A DNA stretch of 64,000 bases from Cyanobacteria bacterium P01_D01_bin.156 (GCA_039024555.1 JBCCQQ010000019.1:1-64000); one strand, 5' to 3'; numbered from the stretch's first letter, positions 32,504 to 43,679 are shown. The notes: generated by a model from the letters alone, not told the origin. Made by a program: numbers and translations.

Positions 32504-32848
32504 TTAAGACCCCAAAGGAGCTGCAGAGGGAGTCTCTGTCTCGGGAGCAGCTTCTTGAGGCTCATCAATCACCAATGTAAGATAGCGAATTACATCCTCA
32601 CTCAAACGCATATCTCTTTCCATGGGCGCAATGGTATCCCCTGGAGCCTGATAGTTCATCTGAATGTAAATACCTTCACGATAGCGGTTAATCTCATAGG
32701 ACAAACGACGCTTACCACGGTGCTGAGTTTCAAAGACCTCACCACCCTTTTCCTTAATCATGTCTTGGTACTTACCGATGGCATTATCAACGACCTCATC
32801 ACTGATGTCAGGCCGTAAAATGTACATCGTTTCGTAAAAATTACTCAT
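32504..32848 (-). CDS. rpsF: 30S ribosomal protein S6
   Basis: YETMYILRPD, RGKRRLSYEI, MRLSEDVIRYL. Confidence 0.97.
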   Translation of the reverse strand: MSNFYETMYILRPDISDEVVDNAIGKYQDMIKEKGGEVFETQHRGKRRLSYEINRYREGIYIQMNYQAPGDTIAPMERDMRLSEDVIRYLTLVIDEPQEAAPETETPSAAPLGS

Positions 32849-32977
32849 GGTACTTCCTTATGGACTCAATGGCTTGGCTCAATATGGCCAAACAAGGGTC
32901 CATTATCATAACAGGAAGTCAGCTACGTTTACGCATTCTGAGCAAATGCAACCTTGTAAATGTCTGGAGTAAGGCGT

Positions 32978-33484
32978 CTAGAAACGACCAATTTGGATAT
33001 TCACGGCTTCTGAAATAGTTGGGATTTCTGGATATCGTCCCATTAAACACTGAAAAATTGAATAACCAACAGCTGCAACCCCTCCAAATAGCAATACGTT
33101 GTAAAACGTGTCGGTAATGAGCTCCAAACCTGGAACACTCACCAAACCCAGTAGAATACTGCCAATGGAAATGATGAAACCGATCAGAATTGCCTGCAGC
33201 GTATTAAAACGAATAAAGTGACTAATATTTGAATTTCGCACAACTAAGAAAAAGAGTGCGAAAAATACAGCAATGGAGCCTAAACCGAAGGGAATGAGGT
33301 TATAGGCAAACATCACTGGAGTAACTAAAAGTAGCAATACCTGGCCCACCGGAGCTAACGCCGGGAAATTAGCAATCAGCTTAAATAATGCTCCACCAAC
33401 CACAACAGCATCAAAAAGAGGCAGCAGGTAAGGTAGGCTCCCTAGAATTTTGTCAGATGGTTCAGTTGCGCTACGCCAACTCAT
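32978..33484 (-). CDS. Tic20/Ycf60 family membrane protein
   Basis: LPYLLPL, VVRNSNISHFIRFNTLQAIL, YPEIPTISEAV. Confidence 0.9.
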   Translation of the reverse strand: MSWRSATEPSDKILGSLPYLLPLFDAVVVGGALFKLIANFPALAPVGQVLLLLVTPVMFAYNLIPFGLGSIAVFFALFFLVVRNSNISHFIRFNTLQAILIGFIISIGSILLGLVSVPGLELITDTFYNVLLFGGVAAVGYSIFQCLMGRYPEIPTISEAVNIQIGRF

Positions 33485-33648
33485 AGGAATAACCTTAACG
33501 AATACTAACTAAAAAAGTATTCCTAGCATAACTTAGCTTTTGTATTTCAAGATTCGGACGATGTAGCAATCTGGCGACAAATTCCTTATCTTAGAACATG
33601 AACTTAGCCAGTGAGTGTGCATCCCAAACGAACGCTTCTGATGCGAGG

Positions 33649-33861
33649 CTAGCGCTCACAAACATTCCAAGCATCGATATTAGCTAATCGAAATCCCATT
33701 TGACATTGATATTGAGGCAATTCAGCAGAAGACTCGAGCTTTCTAGCACAGCCCAACTTCCCGTCTGATAGCCTAGGTTCTCCAGTTTGACTAGCCATTA
33801 GGCAGCTAGTACAAACTGAAGCGGATGGAAGCACCTGATCGTTTAGTAAAATCACTAACAC
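33649..33861 (-). CDS. Small Cys-rich conserved hypothetical protein downstream of crhR
   Basis: GTG start with GGAGGT RBS; VCTSCLMA, GKLGC, YQCQMGFRLA. Confidence 0.75.
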   Translation of the reverse strand: MLVILLNDQVLPSASVCTSCLMASQTGEPRLSDGKLGCARKLESSAELPQYQCQMGFRLANIDAWNVCER

Positions 33862-33949
33862 GACTATTACACCTCCGACAATAAACCCTGCATGCCTATC
33901 TTAAGCGAGCTCTAGATGTATCGGATACAACTTTATTGAGTCTTTGCAA

Positions 33950-35353
33950 CTAACTAGCCGGGGTTTCTAAGCGGCGACGACGGCGAGGAGAGCGGCGGTT
34001 ACGCTGATGACGGCGGGGTTCTTCCTCAGCCATATATTGTTCCTTATCACTCCGCATCCAGGTAGGTCGAGTTTGATCATAGGCCATCTGTAGAGCAGCA
34101 GCAGCAACAGTGTGAGGATCGTAGGTCTCAGTGAGTTGAGAAACAATCGGCAAAAAGGATGCTAAGCGCTCACTAGTCACAGCTTCCTTCATTTGGGTTT
34201 GCAGTTTCTCAAGGGAGCGAGCTGCAATCTCTGCTCGCGTCGGCACCTTACAGAAGGTCAACTCTTGCTTGAGGTGACGCTCAATTTGACGCACCTGGTA
34301 CTTTTCAAGCGGATGAACAATAGATACAGCTCTCCCTTCTTGGCCAGCACGCCCTGTGCGCCCAATACGGTGCACATAGCTATCAAGATTGTCAGGGAGT
34401 TCGTAGTTAATTACATGGGTGAGATTGTCAACGTGGATACCACGAGCAGCAATATCTGTAGCCACAACCCACTTGACCTGTCCTTGCTTAAAACGTAGCA
34501 ACAATCGTTCTCGTTGTGCCTGGTTTAAATCACCGTGATATTCATCCACACTATGCCCAGCAAACTGCAGCTGGCGCGTTAGCTCAGCAGCCGTACGACG
34601 GGTTCTTACAAAAATAATGGCTGATTCTGGATCTTCCATCTCCAGAATTGGCATCAATGCGCGGGGCTTACTCCAGCCCGGCGGAACCACATAAGCCAGC
34701 TGTGCAATTCTCTTGGGTGCTGTATTTTGAGTTTTAACTTTAACAGTGACTGGAGACTTCAGAAACTTGGCAGCCAGTTCACGCACCGTAGGTTCCATGG
34801 TGGCCGAGAAAAAGGCTGTCTGCCGTTCTGCTGGGGCGTGGCTCAAAATGTTTTCCACATCTTGAATAAACCCCATATTGAGCATCTCATCGGCTTCATC
34901 TAACACGAGCCAATTAAGCTGGTCAAACTTTAAACCGCCCCGATTGAGCAAATCTAGAATCCGTCCTGGGGTACCCACTACCATGTGCACTCCACGCCGC
35001 AGCTGACTGAGCTGTCGTTCAATGGACTGACCACCATACACTGGCAAAACATGTAGCTGAGAGCTGCACCTAAGCCCCTCAACCGCCTGACACACTTGCA
35101 TTGCCAATTCCCGCGTAGGGGTGAGTACTAGAGCCTGAACAGCACGCTTATTAGCGTTGATCTGCTCCAAAATAGGCAAAGAAAAAGCCGCTGTCTTACC
35201 AGTCCCCGTTTGCGCTAAGCCAACAACATCATGACCAGCCAACATATGGGGAATCGCTTGAGCTTGGATAGGTGTTGGCTCCTTAAAACCAAGATTCTCA
35301 AGATGTTGAGTTTGGGGGTCAGACAACCCAAGGTCAGCAAAAGACAATGTCAT
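33950..35353 (-). CDS. crhR: DEAD-box RNA helicase CrhR
   Basis: AQTGTGKT, PTRELA, DEAD, FSAT, HRIGRTGRAG; C-terminal AAAALQMAYDQTRP; follows rimO. Confidence 0.9.
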   Translation of the reverse strand: MTLSFADLGLSDPQTQHLENLGFKEPTPIQAQAIPHMLAGHDVVGLAQTGTGKTAAFSLPILEQINANKRAVQALVLTPTRELAMQVCQAVEGLRCSSQLHVLPVYGGQSIERQLSQLRRGVHMVVGTPGRILDLLNRGGLKFDQLNWLVLDEADEMLNMGFIQDVENILSHAPAERQTAFFSATMEPTVRELAAKFLKSPVTVKVKTQNTAPKRIAQLAYVVPPGWSKPRALMPILEMEDPESAIIFVRTRRTAAELTRQLQFAGHSVDEYHGDLNQAQRERLLLRFKQGQVKWVVATDIAARGIHVDNLTHVINYELPDNLDSYVHRIGRTGRAGQEGRAVSIVHPLEKYQVRQIERHLKQELTFCKVPTRAEIAARSLEKLQTQMKEAVTSERLASFLPIVSQLTETYDPHTVAAAALQMAYDQTRPTWMRSDKEQYMAEEEPRRHQRNRRSPRRRRRLETPAS

Positions 35354-35404
35354 TCAGACTCCTTTGAGATCACGTTTAGCAAACAGGTGGGCAATACGAG
35401 GGGA

Positions 35405-36763
35405 CTATGAAGAGACACTCATCGGCACTGGTGACGCAGAAGATTGCGCGGTAACTAAAGTGCCAAATAAGTCATAGGTATCAGCTCCAGTAATTTGAAC
35501 AGGAACAATTTTGGCTAGGGAAGATAAACCTTTGACATAAACTAACCCGTCCACATCAGGAGCAAATCGTTCTGAGCGACCAAGACACTCCCCTTGGTTG
35601 AGGTTCTCTTGTTCAATCAGCACATTGACAATCTTGCCGATCTGAGATTGATTGCGCCTAAATGATATCTCTTGCTGGGTAAGCATCAGGTCTTCACGCC
35701 GCTGATGCATAACCTCTGCAGCTATCTGATTGGGCAAATTAGCGGCTGGAGTTCCAGCCTCAGCAGAGAAGGTAAAAACTCCAACGTGGTCAAACTCATG
35801 ACGCTGAACAAACTGCTTGAGATGTTCAAAATGTTCATCTGTTTCACCAGGAAAACCAACAATAAAAGTAGTTCGCAAAACAGCGTTGGGAAGTTGCTCC
35901 TTCAGGCGTTGAATCACATCATCGTTTACTCGCCCCTGCCATGGCCGATTCATAGCACGTAACACTTCGGGATGAGAATGCTGCAATGGAAGATCCAAAT
36001 ATGGCAACACATTAGGAGTACTGCGGATGGCTTCCAATACCTCTGGCGTAAGCCCGGTCGGATAGGCATAATGCATACGTATCCAGGGTACGTCAACTTC
36101 TCCTAAAGCACGCAATAACTCGGCTAATCTCGGCTTTCCGTAGATATCAACACCATAATTAGTAGTAATTTGAGAAATCAATACTAATTCCTGGACACCT
36201 TCAGAAGCGAGCTTATGGGCCTCTGCAACGATAGACTCCATGGAGCGAGAGCGCTGATTACCCCTGAGATGAGGAATGATACAAAAAGCACAGCGGTAGT
36301 CGCACCCTTCGGCTACACGGATATATGCCACACCTTCGCTAGTGGTGCGATAGCGGGGCACTGTTTCATCGGCGATATAGGTAGGCTTGGCAGACACAGC
36401 CTTTACTCGCTCACCCGCTTCAGCCCGTTCGATGACGTTAACGATGCGGTGGTAGTCACCAGTACCCACCAGAGCGACGGCCTCAGGAATCTCATCTAAC
36501 AGCTCTGACTGAAAATGCTGGGCAAGACAACCCGTAATAACAATCTTTTTCTTTGCCTCAGCTAGCTCAACTAAGGTACGCACCGACTCTCGGCGAGCAT
36601 CCTCAATAAAGCTACAGGTGTTAACGATTACGTAATCAGCAAGTTCTTCATTCGCATCGACCTGATAACCGGCCTGAACTAACAGACCTAACATATGCTC
36701 ACTATCAACCCGATTTTTCTCACAACCTAGGTGAGAAATAGCAATAGTCGGCTTATGAACCAT
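35405..36763 (-). CDS. rimO: Ribosomal protein S12 methylthiotransferase
   Basis: [25 protein letters not shown] radical-SAM motif, TRAM-region RFAPDVDG. Confidence 0.95.
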   Translation of the reverse strand: MVHKPTIAISHLGCEKNRVDSEHMLGLLVQAGYQVDANEELADYVIVNTCSFIEDARRESVRTLVELAEAKKKIVITGCLAQHFQSELLDEIPEAVALVGTGDYHRIVNVIERAEAGERVKAVSAKPTYIADETVPRYRTTSEGVAYIRVAEGCDYRCAFCIIPHLRGNQRSRSMESIVAEAHKLASEGVQELVLISQITTNYGVDIYGKPRLAELLRALGEVDVPWIRMHYAYPTGLTPEVLEAIRSTPNVLPYLDLPLQHSHPEVLRAMNRPWQGRVNDDVIQRLKEQLPNAVLRTTFIVGFPGETDEHFEHLKQFVQRHEFDHVGVFTFSAEAGTPAANLPNQIAAEVMHQRREDLMLTQQEISFRRNQSQIGKIVNVLIEQENLNQGECLGRSERFAPDVDGLVYVKGLSSLAKIVPVQITGADTYDLFGTLVTAQSSASPVPMSVSS

Positions 36764-37011
36764 AAAACCTTAACGTGTAGGGAAAAGAGAATGCTAGTCT
36801 CCAATGCAGGCGTTGCGATCGCGGGGATGACTCGGCACCCTACCCTAACACTCTTGAACAGAAACAGTGACCTCGAAGGACACCTACAGTTACTGTCAAT
36901 ACACAATCAGGTAGCGACTCTTTTTGCCTGGTTGAGGAAATTATAACATAACTATACAATTCTGTGGGATTTCCAGTGTCAGGTCTGTCTAACCATCGCT
37001 GGACATAACAA

Positions 37012-37848
37012 ATGACCCAAAACTTACACTCTGGAGACCCTGTGGAATTAGAAACCCTTTTTAAGACACCCAACCCTGTCCTCGGCGTCGTTCATCTGTT
37101 GCCCTTACCTACATCGGCACGCTGGCAAGGCTCTCTGTCAACCGTGGTAGAACGTGCCGTACAGGAGGCTGTGGCTCTTGCTTCTGGAGGGGCTAACGGC
37201 ATTATAGTAGAAAATTTTTTCGACGCTCCCTTTACTAAAGGGAATGTGGATCCAGCAGTCGTGAGTGCTATGACCGTGGTGGTTACCCACTTACGACAGC
37301 TGATTACCTTACCCATTGGCCTCAATGTTTTACGCAACGATGCCCGTAGCGGGTTAGCGATTGCTGCATGTACCGGAGCAGAGTTTATTCGAGTCAACGT
37401 ATTGAACGGAGTGATGGCCACCGATCAGGGGCTGATTGAGGGAGATGCCCATGGGTTAATGCGCTACCGTCGAGAACTGGGGGCAGATGTCAAAGTATTG
37501 GCAGATGTATTAGTAAAACATGCAGCTCCAGTGGGAACGTTGACATCCGATACGTCCTTAGCGGACGCGGTAGCAGATACCATCCATCGAGGATTAGCAG
37601 ATGCGGTTATTGTATCGGGGATAGCAACGGGTCAGCCCCCAAGCGTACAAGATTTAGTTCAAGCTAAGACAATGGCAGGGGCAACCCCCGTTTTTATCGG
37701 TAGCGGCGCAACAATCGACAATATTGACAAGCTGATGCAATCGGCAGACGGTGTGATTGTTTCTAGTTCTTTGAAACGCTGGGGGAAGATTGAACACCCG
37801 ATTGATCCCAATCGGGTCAGACAGTTTGTTGATGCGATAGCGTCTTAG
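37012..37848 (+). CDS. btpA: Photosystem I biogenesis protein BtpA
   Basis: GVVHLLPLP, ENFFDAPF, GLNVLRND, ADVLVKHA. Confidence 0.93.
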   Translation: MTQNLHSGDPVELETLFKTPNPVLGVVHLLPLPTSARWQGSLSTVVERAVQEAVALASGGANGIIVENFFDAPFTKGNVDPAVVSAMTVVVTHLRQLITLPIGLNVLRNDARSGLAIAACTGAEFIRVNVLNGVMATDQGLIEGDAHGLMRYRRELGADVKVLADVLVKHAAPVGTLTSDTSLADAVADTIHRGLADAVIVSGIATGQPPSVQDLVQAKTMAGATPVFIGSGATIDNIDKLMQSADGVIVSSSLKRWGKIEHPIDPNRVRQFVDAIAS

Positions 37849-37972
37849 ATAGTAGAGAAGATGTTTACTGCCTGTACCGAACCACCCATTTTTTGTCTAA
37901 GATGCAGTCGGGACTGTTTTGAACAGACCTTAGATTTTGTAAACATGATGAGCTTAGAGTGACCTAATAGCT

Positions 37973-38890
37973 ATGGGACGTCGCCGTAAGGAAAATCGTG
38001 GGATTTATCGCTGGTCGCGACCGGCCATTGGTGCGATCGCAACTGTGGGGGCCTTGGGTACAGCCTATTTAACCGTAATCAAGCTAATGGGCAACAGTGC
38101 CGCTTGCCCAGTTAAGGGGTGTGATCAGGTGCTAACCAGTGAGTATGCCGACGTTTTTGGCATTCCACTTACCCTATTTGGTTGTTTGGCTTACCTAGCT
38201 ATGGTGGTCCTATCGCTAGGTCCCCTGCTTATAAATGCGGAAATCAATAGCAAACAACGTCAGCGGTTAGAAGATCTCACCTGGCCCCTCCTCTTCATTG
38301 GAGCCACTGGCATGATGGTATTCAGTGGCTATCTCATGTATTTGCTGGCTACTGAGCTCAAAGCAGCCTGTATTTACTGCATCGCATCGGCTAGCTTTAC
38401 ACTACTGATGTTTATCCTCACCCTACTGGGCCATCAGTGGGAAGATCAGGGAGCCTTAGTTTTTCGTGGCGTGATTATGGGGATGGTGACCCTAGTGGCA
38501 ACCATTGGCATGTACTCCCTCAGTATCAATGGTCCAGCAGCAACAGCTGCCGGAAATACAGGGCCTGCTGTTACCAATACCTCTGGCGAAGCAGAGGTCG
38601 CTTTAGCTAAACATCTACAAGAAGTAGATGCAAAAATGTATGGCGCTTACTGGTGTCCCCACTGTTTTGATCAAAAACAGCTGTTTGGTGTAGATGCTAA
38701 GAAATACATGCCATATGTCGAGTGTGCTGAGGATGGCGCTGATTCTCAAACAGCATTGTGTCGTTCAGTACCCGAAATCACAGGGTTTCCTACTTGGGAA
38801 GTCAATGGTCAATTTCTGGCAGGCACCCAAACCTTAGAAACTCTGGCTGATGCATCAGGATACGCAGGTCCCAGAAACTTTAAGAACTAA
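37973..38890 (+). CDS. Vitamin K epoxide reductase fused to a thioredoxin-like domain (thylakoid disulfide formation)
   Basis: C..GCDQVLTSEYA, CIYC in a TM segment, YGAYWCPHC, GFPTW. Confidence 0.92.
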   Translation: MGRRRKENRGIYRWSRPAIGAIATVGALGTAYLTVIKLMGNSAACPVKGCDQVLTSEYADVFGIPLTLFGCLAYLAMVVLSLGPLLINAEINSKQRQRLEDLTWPLLFIGATGMMVFSGYLMYLLATELKAACIYCIASASFTLLMFILTLLGHQWEDQGALVFRGVIMGMVTLVATIGMYSLSINGPAATAAGNTGPAVTNTSGEAEVALAKHLQEVDAKMYGAYWCPHCFDQKQLFGVDAKKYMPYVECAEDGADSQTALCRSVPEITGFPTWEVNGQFLAGTQTLETLADASGYAGPRNFKN

Positions 38891-38960
38891 AGCAGCCTAC
38901 AGATTGGGGGGTTTAAGGAAAACTTACTCAGAGACCAGAGACTTAAGCCTCCTCTATTTA

Positions 38961-40163
38961 TTAACCAAAGTTGATTTCTAGTAAGGACAGATCATCACCT
39001 ACTTCTACACTCGGCATTGTGGCATGGCTAATCAGCTGATCTAGCTCTCCTGGCCGAGGGCATTTGGCAATATGCTCAATAAAGCTTTCTAAGCCAAAGA
39101 TCTCCCCCGGTTCTGAGACAGTGGCGTCTTGTACTTCGTACACACCATCGCTAAAAATATAGAGATAGCTATTCTCTGGAATGGAACAGCGCTTCCAGGT
39201 ATATTGCGTACCTGGCATCATGCCAACAGGCATACCGGGTGTTCGCAACTGCATGGTTTCGGCAACAACATTGATCCTTTGGCTGCCAAGATGCGCAGGA
39301 GTTTCTGAAGCATTGGGCTGGGATAGCAAAATGGCAGGTGGGTGACCAGCACTGGCATACATCAGTTGACGATTGACCCGATTGTAAACGCCGTACCAAA
39401 TGGTGAAGTACTTTTCGTTCTGGTCAGTCATCTGAAACATGTTGTTCAGACTTTCAAGAACCTTATCGGGACGATAGAAATTAGTCCCTGGTAAAGACTG
39501 CGATCTCAAAACATTCAGTACAGATGTAGAGAGCAGCGCCGCCCCCAAACCATGGCCCGATACATCCAGCAAATACATAACCAGATAGTCAGGATCTAAC
39601 CAGTAAAAATCGAAACAGTCCCCTCCCAGCTGCTGAGACGGGAGAAAGCGGGTTTGAATTTTGACAGGGGGTTTATCCGTATCCCTCGGTAGTAGAGACT
39701 GCACATAGGATGCGGCCTCTGCCAGTTCATTCTCCAAATACTGCTTCTGTTTTTTAAGGTCGCGGGTAAGCTGACACAAACGCATACCGGACTTAACCCG
39801 AGCCTTGAGCTCAGCCATATCAATAGGCTTCATCAGCAAATCATCGGCTCCTGCCTCTAAAGCCTCCACACGACTAGCCGTTTCTGCGTGCGCTGTGATC
39901 AGTAAAAACGAGCTCATCGATAAATCTGGATTTTCCTTGAGTCGGCGACAGATTTCTAACCCATCGACATTTCCAGGCAAACGCCAGTCACACAGAATCA
40001 CTGGTGGAGTAATCGTCAATGCTTTTTGCAGACCATCGGCAGCAGTTTCTGCAATCGCCACACGATAGCCCTGACTTTGCAGCATCCGCTGCAGAATACG
40101 TCGAATGATCGGATCATCATCGATCACTAAAATATCTGCTGTGGAATTACTTGCCTTGACCAT
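38961..40163 (-). CDS. Response regulator receiver fused to a PP2C/SpoIIE (RsbU-like) phosphatase
   Basis: ILVIDDD..CDW..KP receiver; LGGDCFD, DVSGHG, ASAGHPP, FSDGVYE, DDLSLL. Confidence 0.9.
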   Translation of the reverse strand: MVKASNSTADILVIDDDPIIRRILQRMLQSQGYRVAIAETAADGLQKALTITPPVILCDWRLPGNVDGLEICRRLKENPDLSMSSFLLITAHAETASRVEALEAGADDLLMKPIDMAELKARVKSGMRLCQLTRDLKKQKQYLENELAEAASYVQSLLPRDTDKPPVKIQTRFLPSQQLGGDCFDFYWLDPDYLVMYLLDVSGHGLGAALLSTSVLNVLRSQSLPGTNFYRPDKVLESLNNMFQMTDQNEKYFTIWYGVYNRVNRQLMYASAGHPPAILLSQPNASETPAHLGSQRINVVAETMQLRTPGMPVGMMPGTQYTWKRCSIPENSYLYIFSDGVYEVQDATVSEPGEIFGLESFIEHIAKCPRPGELDQLISHATMPSVEVGDDLSLLEINFG

Positions 40164-40805
40164 GACAACGATGCGATGCAGAGGTTTATGGGATTGTGCT
40201 AACGCACTATTGCGATATTTCTAGAACTCGATCAACTATCAGGATTCATGCCCATAGGTGAGACTCTATCAATATTTTGAGCAAGAAACTGACGAGCACA
40301 CGATGTTCAAACCCAATCAAACCTCGGAGTAGATAACGATTAACAGTTTTAGCTAGAGTGTACCCTTCTACCTTGACCATATGCAGACGGCTGCCAAATC
40401 CGTACCTCATACAGTTGTCCAAAGAGAAATCCTTAAAAACAGTAATGCAAGTGTAAGGATTTCACGAGTAATTGGTTAAAGTCTTATTTTATCAGCCTAC
40501 AGAGAATAGATAGGACAACTAGCCGATTTACCACTGGCCTATAGCTGGATCATGGCACATTCTTCAGAGGCAACCAAAACGATGCACATGTGCCCGATGT
40601 GTCAGTTATCACATTCATAAATGACAAATTATTGCAAGGCAGTTCTAGGCTTCAGGACGATTTCTAAGCTAAAAAAGTACGCTTACTTGGTAGCTCGTCA
40701 TGGGGATTACCAAGCGAGTGCAATTGATCAATGAGCTGATTCGCCATGAGAAATCATTCCATGCATCGGCAATACCCTATCACTACTGTTGTTTATTAAA
40801 AGGTC

Positions 40806-41270
40806 ATGGAAAGCGTTTGCGATCTGCCCACAAGATGCGTTCTACCCGTCCTCAAGTCTCCCTCTGACTATCAGGTATTTCGCATTACACCTGACGATAA
40901 GAACCGTTTAGCACTTTTGGTAGATCCAACCCAAGACCACGCCACGTTAACCTGCTGTGTAGAAATTTTTGATCAGGGTGGCCGGACCCCATCTCACCGG
41001 CATCAGGTAGCTGTGGAAATGTTTTATGTCCTACAAGGGGAAGGCCGCGTGGTCTGCGATGGGAAGGTATCGAAAATTCGTACCGGGGACAGTATCTTAG
41101 TCCCATCTCACGGCATCCATTTTGTGGAAAATATTAGTCCACAACGCCTTTACTTACTAAGTATCATGGTGCCTAACGAGGATTTTGCAGAATTAATTCG
41201 TCAGGGTACGCCTGCAGAACTGGATGAGGAAGATATGGCAGTTTTGGGACGGACTCACTGTGTTTTATGA
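40806..41270 (+). CDS. Cupin domain protein
   Basis: TPSHRHQVAVEMFYVLQGEG...GDSILVPSHGIH. Confidence 0.88.
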   Translation: MESVCDLPTRCVLPVLKSPSDYQVFRITPDDKNRLALLVDPTQDHATLTCCVEIFDQGGRTPSHRHQVAVEMFYVLQGEGRVVCDGKVSKIRTGDSILVPSHGIHFVENISPQRLYLLSIMVPNEDFAELIRQGTPAELDEEDMAVLGRTHCVL

Positions 41271-42910
41271 CCGTTGATAGAGTTCCTGTCAAACCCAAAC
41301 AGTTGCATCGTTTTTGCCTACGAGATGGTGTACGGCTGGATGCAGACGTTTACTATCCGGAAGGGGATGGGCCATGGCCAGTACTGCTAATGCGGCAACC
41401 CTATGGGAGAGAGATTGCATCTACTGTAGTTTATGCACATCCCACTTGGTATGCCTCCCACGGTTACATTGTGGTCATTCAAGATGTGCGTGGTCGCGGC
41501 ACCTCCGAAGGGGAGTTTAGTCTATTCGCCCATGAAGTAAACGATGGGTATGACACGGTGCAGTGGGCATCACAATTACCTGATAGTAATGGCCAAGTGG
41601 GAATGTATGGGTTTTCTTATCAGGGAATGACCCAGTTGTATGCGGCTCAAGCTAAACCACTAGCCTTAGAAGCTATCGCCCCAGCCATGGTAGGTTACGA
41701 CCTGTACCACGACTGGGCCTACGAGAACGGAGCCTTGCGATTACAGGCAGGCTTGGGCTGGGCCATACAGTTAGCAGCAGAAACAGCTCGGCTGAAGCAG
41801 GATGCTACTGCATTTAACGAATTACGAGCAGCCTCACGTAACTTGCCTTTGAATGGCCCCATTGCTGCTTGTCCAGATGTACTGAAGCAGTATGCAACAG
41901 ATTCGTTTTGGCATGATTGGTTAGCCCATCCCCAGAACGATAACTACTGGCAATCTTTAAAGCCTGATTTGACTGATGCAGATCTTCCTATGCTCCATGT
42001 AGGTGGATGGTTTGATCCCTATTTAACGGGTGACCTTCGACTGTATAAGGAGATGGCTGGACGCAGTCAATATCCTCAACATTTTTGGGTAGGCCCCTGG
42101 ACACATTTACCGTGGAATCGAAAGGTGGGGAACGTGGATTTTGGTCCTGCAGCCATCAACCCCATTGATGAACTGCAAGTACAGTGGTTTGACTACTTTC
42201 TCAAAGGTGAAGGAATCTTACCCAAAACTTCAGTCAACCTATTTGAAATGGGCAGCAATGACTGGCGTCAGCTGAACGCTTGGCCGTCAGGAGCAAAGGG
42301 CCAAAACTATTATCTACAAAGTTCAGGACTGGCAGGCATCCGAGAGGATGATGGACAGCTAGTAAAGACTGCTGGATCAGTGGCATCGGGGCTTGGGAAC
42401 GACGTACTCGTACACGATCCTTGGCGACCGGTACCTGCTTTAGGAGGACATGCTAGCTGGCCAGGGGGAAGTTGCGATCGCACCGCCTTAGATGGTCGTA
42501 GCGATGTCCTTACTTACACAACACCACTCCTAGAAAACGATCTTGCAGTAGCAGGAGAGCCTACCGTTACAGTACAAGTTCAAACAGATGTTGCCAGTTA
42601 CGATGTTTGTGCTGTGCTGTCAGTAGTACAACCGGATGGTCGGGTGTTTAACTTAACCCAAGGCTACAAACGTGTTTTTGAATCAGGAAATGTTCCTGTC
42701 ACAGTGCCGTTACAGCCCACCTGTTTTCGCCTATGGGCAGGGCAGGCGTTACGGTTAAGCCTGAGTGCATCCTGTTTTCCTGCTTACACGGTAAACCCTG
42801 GCACTGGAGACAAGGCGATGGATATGATGCCGACTATCAAGCATCAAATCATTACGCTAGCAATCCATCAGGGCAGAAATACCTTGCTAACGCTACCATT
42901 GCTTTCCTAA
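41267..42910 (+). CDS. CocE/NonD family serine hydrolase
   Basis: LMRQPYG, QDVRGRGTSEG, nucleophile elbow GFSYQG, GGWFD, GPWTH; ATGA overlap with the cupin stop. Confidence 0.92.
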   Translation: MTVDRVPVKPKQLHRFCLRDGVRLDADVYYPEGDGPWPVLLMRQPYGREIASTVVYAHPTWYASHGYIVVIQDVRGRGTSEGEFSLFAHEVNDGYDTVQWASQLPDSNGQVGMYGFSYQGMTQLYAAQAKPLALEAIAPAMVGYDLYHDWAYENGALRLQAGLGWAIQLAAETARLKQDATAFNELRAASRNLPLNGPIAACPDVLKQYATDSFWHDWLAHPQNDNYWQSLKPDLTDADLPMLHVGGWFDPYLTGDLRLYKEMAGRSQYPQHFWVGPWTHLPWNRKVGNVDFGPAAINPIDELQVQWFDYFLKGEGILPKTSVNLFEMGSNDWRQLNAWPSGAKGQNYYLQSSGLAGIREDDGQLVKTAGSVASGLGNDVLVHDPWRPVPALGGHASWPGGSCDRTALDGRSDVLTYTTPLLENDLAVAGEPTVTVQVQTDVASYDVCAVLSVVQPDGRVFNLTQGYKRVFESGNVPVTVPLQPTCFRLWAGQALRLSLSASCFPAYTVNPGTGDKAMDMMPTIKHQIITLAIHQGRNTLLTLPLLS

Positions 42911-42983
42911 TGCGTAGGGACATTTGCTAAACCAAGACACATTGGTCCGATTCCGTCATGAATCCTGATGTCCAAATTCATCC

Positions 42984-43679
42984 TTACAAGTCTAATTCGA
43001 TACCTTGGGCTTTAAGTTTTGCCTTAAGTGCTTTTAGCTCTGCTTCTGCTTGGTCAGCTCGTTGGGCTTCCCGGTCGGCTCGTTGGGCTTCTTGGTCGGC
43101 CCGTTGACGGAGTTCGTCTGGAATTAAGAGCTTCTCTCCAGTGTCCAGTGTATAGAAGTCGATGATTGAATCATTAACAGCTAGGCGCAGACCTAGAACA
43201 CGACTGGTATTGTCTGTAATCGGAATATAGATCTCTTCTCTCGATAGTCGATAACCTCTAAGGCCATCCTCAATCCATTCAGCTTTAGGATCAAATTGCC
43301 AGTACTCGGTGACACCTAGATTTTCATACAGCTCATATTTGCTATCGTCATCTTTTTCTCGAGTACTCGCCGAGGTCATCTCAAAAATAACCGATGGTAC
43401 AGAGCCCTCTTCCCAGATTTTATAGTTATCTCGCCCCCCCGGCGCCACATCAAAAATCACCATAACGTCAGGTGCTACCCGTAATTTGGGTATGTCCTTG
43501 GCGTAATACATGAATTGATTACCCAATACTGTGGCCTGTTGACCAGCTAGATACTGCCGTAGGACCTCCAGGGTGATCAGCAGGGCGTATAGATGATCAA
43601 AGGTTTCAGCCACGGGTTTGCCGTCTCCTGTGGGATAAAGGATTTTCTTTTGGGTGGCACTAGAGACGGTAGTGGTCAT
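42984..43679 (-). CDS. Uma2 (DUF820) family endonuclease
   Basis: YPTGDGKPVAET, VAPDVMV, FEMTSAST, GVTEYWQFDP; C-terminal QRAD repeats. Confidence 0.92.
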   Translation of the reverse strand: MTTTVSSATQKKILYPTGDGKPVAETFDHLYALLITLEVLRQYLAGQQATVLGNQFMYYAKDIPKLRVAPDVMVIFDVAPGGRDNYKIWEEGSVPSVIFEMTSASTREKDDDSKYELYENLGVTEYWQFDPKAEWIEDGLRGYRLSREEIYIPITDNTSRVLGLRLAVNDSIIDFYTLDTGEKLLIPDELRQRADQEAQRADREAQRADQAEAELKALKAKLKAQGIELDL

